64,000 nt of DNA from Planctomycetota bacterium (GTDB lineage: Bacteria; Planctomycetota; PLA2; JAEUHO01). Shown piece by piece: positions 59,044 to 64,000 of the stretch. Within the stretch, counting starts at the first letter, position 1. Every line of letters starts with the position of its first letter. The DNA lies in assembly GCA_965223505.1 (NCBI GenBank), contig CBDCWP010000026.1:96001-160000 (forward strand), in the 5' to 3' direction. Under the pieces are notes generated by a model. It had not been told where the DNA came from. It ran no database searches and was given only the letters and a program-made list of their open reading frames with translations. Both the position numbers and the translations under genes were made by a program.

Positions 59044-59853
59044 ATGAAGGTCAAGAGGCCACGAATCGTGTTCGCCGTCGCCGCCGCGGCGGCCCTGATG
59101 GTCATCGCGCCCGCGTGGGCGCAGGAGGACGCCGCGATCCCCGCGCCGTCCGCAATCGATGCGGACTGTCGCATCGAGGTCCTGCCCGCGCACACCCGCC
59201 GGATGTCACGCACGATCGAAGTTCCGCCGGTCGTGTGCGAGCGGCAGGTGCCGCGCTACGAGACGGTGCGCGTTCCCGTGTACGAGACGCGGCGCGTGCC
59301 CGTGTTCAAGACGGTCGACCGGCCGGTGTTCGAAGAGCGAGAGGTCCCCGTCTACAAGACCGAGCGTGTCCCCGTGTGGGGTGAGAAGGAAGTGACGACG
59401 TACCACGAGGTGCGTACGCCGGTCACGATCAAGCTGTGGAGCCCGTTCAAGTGCGAGGACCGCTGCATCGAGCTTTGGGACAAGTGCGAGAAGGTCCCGA
59501 GCGGCACCGCCGTCGTTCCTGCGATCGTCGACTACGAGGAGCGTCAGGTCGAATGCGGCCGTCGAATCGAGCGCGTGCAGGTCGGCACCGAGCCGGAGCG
59601 CGTTCTTTGCGGGTACGAGACGGTGCGCGAGCAAGTCGGCGAACGCGAGGAGCAGCGCCTGGCCGGTTTCGAGTCGCAGAGCGTGGTCGTCAAGCCCGCT
59701 TCCGTACGCACGGTGACGGACTGCGTCGAGGTGCCGCGTGAGCGCGTGACGGTCATCCCCGACGGTACGCACCGCGACACGCCGCTCGAAGGCACGAATC
59801 GGGTCCTGACCGAGTCGGAGTACCGCTCGACGCTGGCCGACACGACCCGGTAG
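59044..59853 (+). CDS. Secreted Val/Glu/Arg-rich repeat protein (YETVRVPV-type repeats)
   Basis: Signal peptide; about 8-aa repeats VPRYETVR/VPVYETRR/VPVFKTVD/VPVYKTER. Confidence 0.8.
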   Translation: MKVKRPRIVFAVAAAAALMVIAPAWAQEDAAIPAPSAIDADCRIEVLPAHTRRMSRTIEVPPVVCERQVPRYETVRVPVYETRRVPVFKTVDRPVFEEREVPVYKTERVPVWGEKEVTTYHEVRTPVTIKLWSPFKCEDRCIELWDKCEKVPSGTAVVPAIVDYEERQVECGRRIERVQVGTEPERVLCGYETVREQVGEREEQRLAGFESQSVVVKPASVRTVTDCVEVPRERVTVIPDGTHRDTPLEGTNRVLTESEYRSTLADTTR

Positions 59854-59896
59854 CACCAACGGATTCCCCTCGCGCGGCTTCGCCGCGCAGCACCCC

Positions 59897-59933
59897 CGGC
59901 CGCGACCGATCCGTCGGTCGCGGCCGTTTCTTT
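59897..59933 (+). terminator. Intrinsic terminator between convergent genes
   Basis: CGGCCGCGACCGA-TCCG-TCGGTCGCGGCCG followed by TTTCTTT. Confidence 0.8.
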
Positions 59934-59949
59934 GCGCACCTGAATCGCA

Positions 59950-60993
59950 CTACTTCGCCGGCGGCTTGGCCCAGCTCTCCGCGGCCCACGTCTGTCCGTC
60001 CCACATGCGGATGCCCCGCGTGTTCCAGATGACGATCAAGGGCGACGGGCGACCGTGGAAGTATGCGACGCCTCGCCGCTCCGTGTTGAAGAAGCTCGTC
60101 AACACGTTCGGCGTCGCCGCGGCGTGCAGCTCGACCGGCTTCGATCCGTCGAACGCGAACAACCTCGACGGTCCCGGACCGCCGTCGGGCATCACGCTGT
60201 GCGCTCGCCCTTTTGCGAAGGCGAAGACCTGGTGCCCGTACGGAAGGTCCGTGACCTTGCCCGTCTCCGTATCGACGACCTTCTTCCTGCCCGCCACGTA
60301 CCGCCCGTCGAACGCTCGGATCGAGCCCACCGCAGGAAAGGAACGCGACGTCTTCGTCTTCAGGTCGAACACCGACGTCGCGAAGGCGATCTTCGAACCG
60401 ACACGGAAGAACGGCCAGTGCGTATTGCAGTACACGCCCCTCTCGTCCGTGATCGGGACGCGCTTCTTCATCTGCGGCGTCGTGCCCTCGAGCGGAACCC
60501 AGTAGAGCGGGAAGTAGGCCATCGAGCGCCAGGGTTGCACGACGAGGCCTTCCGGGTCCGCGTATCGCGCGAACGCCTCCGTGGTCCCGCTGCCGGGCAC
60601 AGGCGGCATGTCGAACGTCGCCTCGTGCCGTAGGACGTTGCTCATCACCGGGGCGTCGGGTGCGACCCACCAGACCTGCCGGCCGTAGTGGAACATCAGC
60701 GTTCCGTCCTTCAGCACGGTTGCGACCTTCAGCGGGTAGTGGTTGACGAACTCGGCGCGCAGGACCGCCTTGGCGTCGCTCGTTCGCTGCGTCCAATACC
60801 AGTAGCGACTGTGGCCTCCGCGAAGCTGCGACGGGATGCGCTCGGACTTCGCCCAGACGACGAATTCGTCGGTCACGTGGACGGGCTCGGCTTTCGGTGG
60901 CGCGAAGGCGGGCCGAAACACCTCGGCCTTTTCGTCACCCCAAGCGAGCGGGGCACCGAGGCACAGCAAGACCAGGAGAAGACGCGGGACCAT
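59950..60993 (-). CDS. Secreted hypothetical protein
   Basis: Signal peptide MVPRLLLVLLCLGAPLAWG; 347 aa. Confidence 0.75.
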   Translation of the reverse strand: MVPRLLLVLLCLGAPLAWGDEKAEVFRPAFAPPKAEPVHVTDEFVVWAKSERIPSQLRGGHSRYWYWTQRTSDAKAVLRAEFVNHYPLKVATVLKDGTLMFHYGRQVWWVAPDAPVMSNVLRHEATFDMPPVPGSGTTEAFARYADPEGLVVQPWRSMAYFPLYWVPLEGTTPQMKKRVPITDERGVYCNTHWPFFRVGSKIAFATSVFDLKTKTSRSFPAVGSIRAFDGRYVAGRKKVVDTETGKVTDLPYGHQVFAFAKGRAHSVMPDGGPGPSRLFAFDGSKPVELHAAATPNVLTSFFNTERRGVAYFHGRPSPLIVIWNTRGIRMWDGQTWAAESWAKPPAK

Positions 60994-61077
60994 GCAAGGG
61001 TTTGAACGAGCCGCGCCGTTCGGCCGCCGTCCAAAACTCGACGGCCCCCGCGCTCCGACGGCCTTTCGGCCCGCCTC

Positions 61078-62025
61078 CTACCGCGCGACGCGAATCTCGA
61101 CGGGCTCGCTCACGATGCGCCCGCCGCCCGTCCGGAGGCTCTTCAGCGCCACGGTCAGGCGCACGACCTCGGCGTCGGCATCCGGCTTCAGATCGTGCCG
61201 CGCGGACCAGCCTGCGAACGCCACCGAAGACCCGCCGGGGGCGAGCTCACGCGGGTTGTCGTGGTCGACGGGCATGACGACGTCGTTCTTGCTCAACCAG
61301 CCACCCTCGATCTCGACCTGCGGCTTCCACTCCATCGGTTGCCAGTGCAGCGGCTTCTTCGTGTTGTTGACGCCGCGAACGTTGATCACCGATCCGATCG
61401 ACGCTCCGTTTGCTGGCACGTCGCCAAGCACCTCGATCTTCACGTCGAGCGGTCGCTCGAGCGTGAACGGGACGGCATCGCTGACGATCTGAAACGCCGG
61501 GACGTCACGCATGCGTCCGAGGTCGCCGTCGGTGCCGGCAACCGGCTGCCGTCGCCACGCGTAGTGCGCAGTGAGTCGATACGCCCCCGGCTTCTGCAGC
61601 GCGTACCGGCTCGGATCGCGGGCCCACGAACGAACGTCGAGCTCGCCACCCGCGGAGATCTCCACCACGTCCTCGCGCCAGTCCGGCTTGTGCGACTTGC
61701 AGCGAACGACCTTGCGTTTCGGCGCCTGGGCCCAGGCGCCGTCCGCGGTCTTGCGGTGAACCTCGAACCAGACGTGCGGCTCGCGCCAGCCCTCGTCCGA
61801 ACCGTCGCCCGGACGAACGACGCGGTGCGGCCCAAGCGGCGACGTGTTCCTCAGCACGAGCCCGGTCTCGAGGATCTGTCCCGGCCGGACGACGTCGGGG
61901 AAGCGCTTGACGATCACGAGCTCGAGATCGGCGGTGGGCGAGCCGTCCGACTTGCGGTCATCCGCGAGGGACGTCCCGGCGGCGACCACGGCCAACAGCG
62001 CGGCGATCGGCGTGAACATGCGCAT
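61078..62025 (-). CDS. Secreted hypothetical protein
   Basis: Signal peptide MRMFTPIAALLAVVAAGTSLA; the longer ORF-track extension is low-complexity antisense sequence. Confidence 0.7.
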   Translation of the reverse strand: MRMFTPIAALLAVVAAGTSLADDRKSDGSPTADLELVIVKRFPDVVRPGQILETGLVLRNTSPLGPHRVVRPGDGSDEGWREPHVWFEVHRKTADGAWAQAPKRKVVRCKSHKPDWREDVVEISAGGELDVRSWARDPSRYALQKPGAYRLTAHYAWRRQPVAGTDGDLGRMRDVPAFQIVSDAVPFTLERPLDVKIEVLGDVPANGASIGSVINVRGVNNTKKPLHWQPMEWKPQVEIEGGWLSKNDVVMPVDHDNPRELAPGGSSVAFAGWSARHDLKPDADAEVVRLTVALKSLRTGGGRIVSEPVEIRVAR

Positions 62026-62226
62026 GCGGTCGCGTCTCCGAAAGGACCTCGGGCGATTGGACACGCTCGTTCCGCGCTCGTTCTCGCTTCGGGCGCGGGA
62101 CCGAGACCTTCGTCCGTGGACCGCGTGGGCCTCCGACGTCTGGGCGGAGTTTTCGAGTCCGCTTTCGCGGGGAGGTGGGTTCGGCATCCCTACCGGACGA
62201 TGGGTGCCCGGGGATTGGAGCGAACG

Positions 62227-62727
62227 ATGTCGAACACCGACCCGAAGCGGCAGGACGCGCAGGGCCGCACGTTTTGCCTGGTGCTGGGGGTGTTGCTCGC
62301 TCTCTCGCTGATTCTGCCCTGGATCCAGGGCACGCAGTCCTACCTGGGATTCCAGTGGTTCCTGACCGCTCTCACCGGCGGGGCCGAAGGAGAAGACCGA
62401 GGCGCCATGTGGGTCTCGGACGCTCGCGCCACGTTTCCGCCGGTCGTGATGGTGACGCTCGTCGGCGTCGTGCTGTGGATGGTCGCGGTCGTATCCTGCG
62501 CACGCGATCGTGACGGCGCACTCGGCCTCCGCAATCGGGTTCTCTGCATCCTGGGCAGCGTTCTCGCCGTTCCGATGATCACGATCATGCTCGACACGCA
62601 CCGCAAGGGAGAATCGGCGTTCTATGCGGTCGGCTGGTACCTGACGTGCGCGCTCGCGATCGGCTTCCTCGTGCTCGGCATCTTTGCGCCGCGCCGACCG
62701 GCGCCGACAGCCAGGTCTGCTCGGTAG
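62227..62727 (+). CDS. Four-TM membrane protein
   Basis: GGAG RBS, ATG 62227, four hydrophobic segments. Confidence 0.7.
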   Translation: MSNTDPKRQDAQGRTFCLVLGVLLALSLILPWIQGTQSYLGFQWFLTALTGGAEGEDRGAMWVSDARATFPPVVMVTLVGVVLWMVAVVSCARDRDGALGLRNRVLCILGSVLAVPMITIMLDTHRKGESAFYAVGWYLTCALAIGFLVLGIFAPRRPAPTARSAR

Positions 62728-62883
62728 CGCCCGAGACCGATCCGCCGGTGTGCCGCGTCGCGCCCCGGAGGGCGCGATCCCGTCGGCGCCTTCGCGCGCT
62801 GACAGGGAAGAGTATCTGGCCATGAGACATGCGGGCGAGAGCCCGGCCGTGGCGGCTCCGGGCGGCGGGTGCATAATCCGCCG

Positions 62884-64000
62884 ATGCAGGCAATCGATCT
62901 CGTACTGGTCGGGAACCGGCCCGGGGCGCTCCACGCCGCCGCCCGACTCGGACTGAACGTCCTGCTGGTCGACGATCGGACGCCCTCAGCGGTCGCGAGG
63001 CGGCGCGTCGCCGAGTGGCTGTCCGCGCCGCTCGAACGCGATTCCGTCCCACTGAGCGAATCCGTTCGAGAACACCTCGGCGATCGCGAGCCGCGCGCCG
63101 TCGTCGCCTCGGGGGAACGGGGCGTCCTCGGCGCGGCCGCCCTGCGCACCCTGTACGGACTCGCCGGCGTCACCGATGTCGTCGCGTCCCGCGCGCGCGA
63201 CAAACCGACGATGAAGGCCGCGGCGCGGGCGGCCGGCGTTCCATGCACCGACTGGCTGGTGCTCGAGGCGGCGTCCGAGGCCGACGAGCTCGTCGAAGCG
63301 CTGGGCCTGCCCGTCGTCATCAAGCAACGCGCGGGCGTCGGCAGTCGCGAGCTCGTTCGCGCGAGCTCCCGCGCCGAAGTCCGAGACGCCCTCACGCGTA
63401 TTCCCGCCGGCGAGCGCAGTGGATGGATGGCCGAGCGGTTCGTCAAAGGGGTGGAGATGAGCGTAGAGAGCTTCCTGCTCGACGGACGAACGCTCCTCGT
63501 GAATCCCACCGAGTACTACCGGCCGGCTTTCGCGAACATCGCCCCGGCGAGGCTCGACGACGAAGTGCGGGCTGCTGTCGAGGCGCTCAATGCCGCCGCC
63601 CTGGACGCGCTCGACATCCGCGTGGGCATGACGCACCTGGAGCTGTTCCTCACGGAGGACGGTCCGATGTTCGGCGAGGTCGCCGTGCGGCCGCCGGGGG
63701 GGCGCATCATGCGGCTCCTGCGCCGCGCGTACGGCTTCGACCCTTGGGAAGCGCTGATCCGGCTCGAGCTCGGCGAGCAGCCCCAGCTGCCTGCGCGCGC
63801 CGCGAGAGCCGCCGGCGTCTGGATGCTGCACCCCGGCGCCGGCAACGTTCGCTCGGTTCGCGGGCTCGCCGCTGCGCGACGCATCCGTGGGGTTCGCAAG
63901 CTCGTCTGCCGGATTCGAGCGGGCAGCGTCGTCACGCGGCGCGAGAGCACGGGCGCCGACGTCGGCTGGATCGAAGTGACGGCGCCGAACCGCGATCGCG
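62884..64000 (+). CDS. ATP-grasp ligase (runs off window end)
   Basis: RDKPTMK, PVVIKQRAGVGS, ERFVKGVEMSVE, THLELFL...FGEVAVRPPGG. Confidence 0.85.
   Translation, partial: MQAIDLVLVGNRPGALHAAARLGLNVLLVDDRTPSAVARRRVAEWLSAPLERDSVPLSESVREHLGDREPRAVVASGERGVLGAAALRTLYGLAGVTDVVASRARDKPTMKAAARAAGVPCTDWLVLEAASEADELVEALGLPVVIKQRAGVGSRELVRASSRAEVRDALTRIPAGERSGWMAERFVKGVEMSVESFLLDGRTLLVNPTEYYRPAFANIAPARLDDEVRAAVEALNAAALDALDIRVGMTHLELFLTEDGPMFGEVAVRPPGGRIMRLLRRAYGFDPWEALIRLELGEQPQLPARAARAAGVWMLHPGAGNVRSVRGLAAARRIRGVRKLVCRIRAGSVVTRRESTGADVGWIEVTAPNRDR

Overview
High-GC bacterial DNA; the HEAT-repeat, H-X9-DG-like and YTV-like repeat proteins suggest Planctomycetota (inference). The window opens with the 5' end of a UDP-glucose dehydrogenase gene and an intact tRNA-Asp(GTC) at 339-417 that acts as an integration hotspot. 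The tRNA 3' half recurs at 21344 and 26120, each time inside conserved left and right arms, giving a tandem stack of related integrative elements. A 45-bp right-arm motif also occurs twice alone (27972, 34226). Element 1 has a tyrosine integrase, excisionase-like HTH, primase-helicase and ParB-methyltransferase. It also carries a defence-like cluster: a nuclease-SEC-C fusion, a HEPN protein, a candidate HEPN-antitoxin-SecB (TAC-like) operon and a PIN/DUF433 toxin-antitoxin pair. A 3409-bp TG...CA transposon with two DDE transposases and two small HTH-like proteins occurs as two full inverted copies and one partial copy, truncating Rhs, secreted-protein and helicase genes. Further right are a CHASE-PAS-SpoIIE sensor, an IS256 inside a CBS gene, a truncated second integrase, and an ECF sigma/anti-sigma/TPR-CHAT operon. 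Three divergently transcribed lipoprotein genes share an AAC-N14-GCATCC promoter-like motif. The window ends with Cys-rich secreted proteins and a partial ATP-grasp gene. All calls come from reading motifs by eye; no database searches were run.
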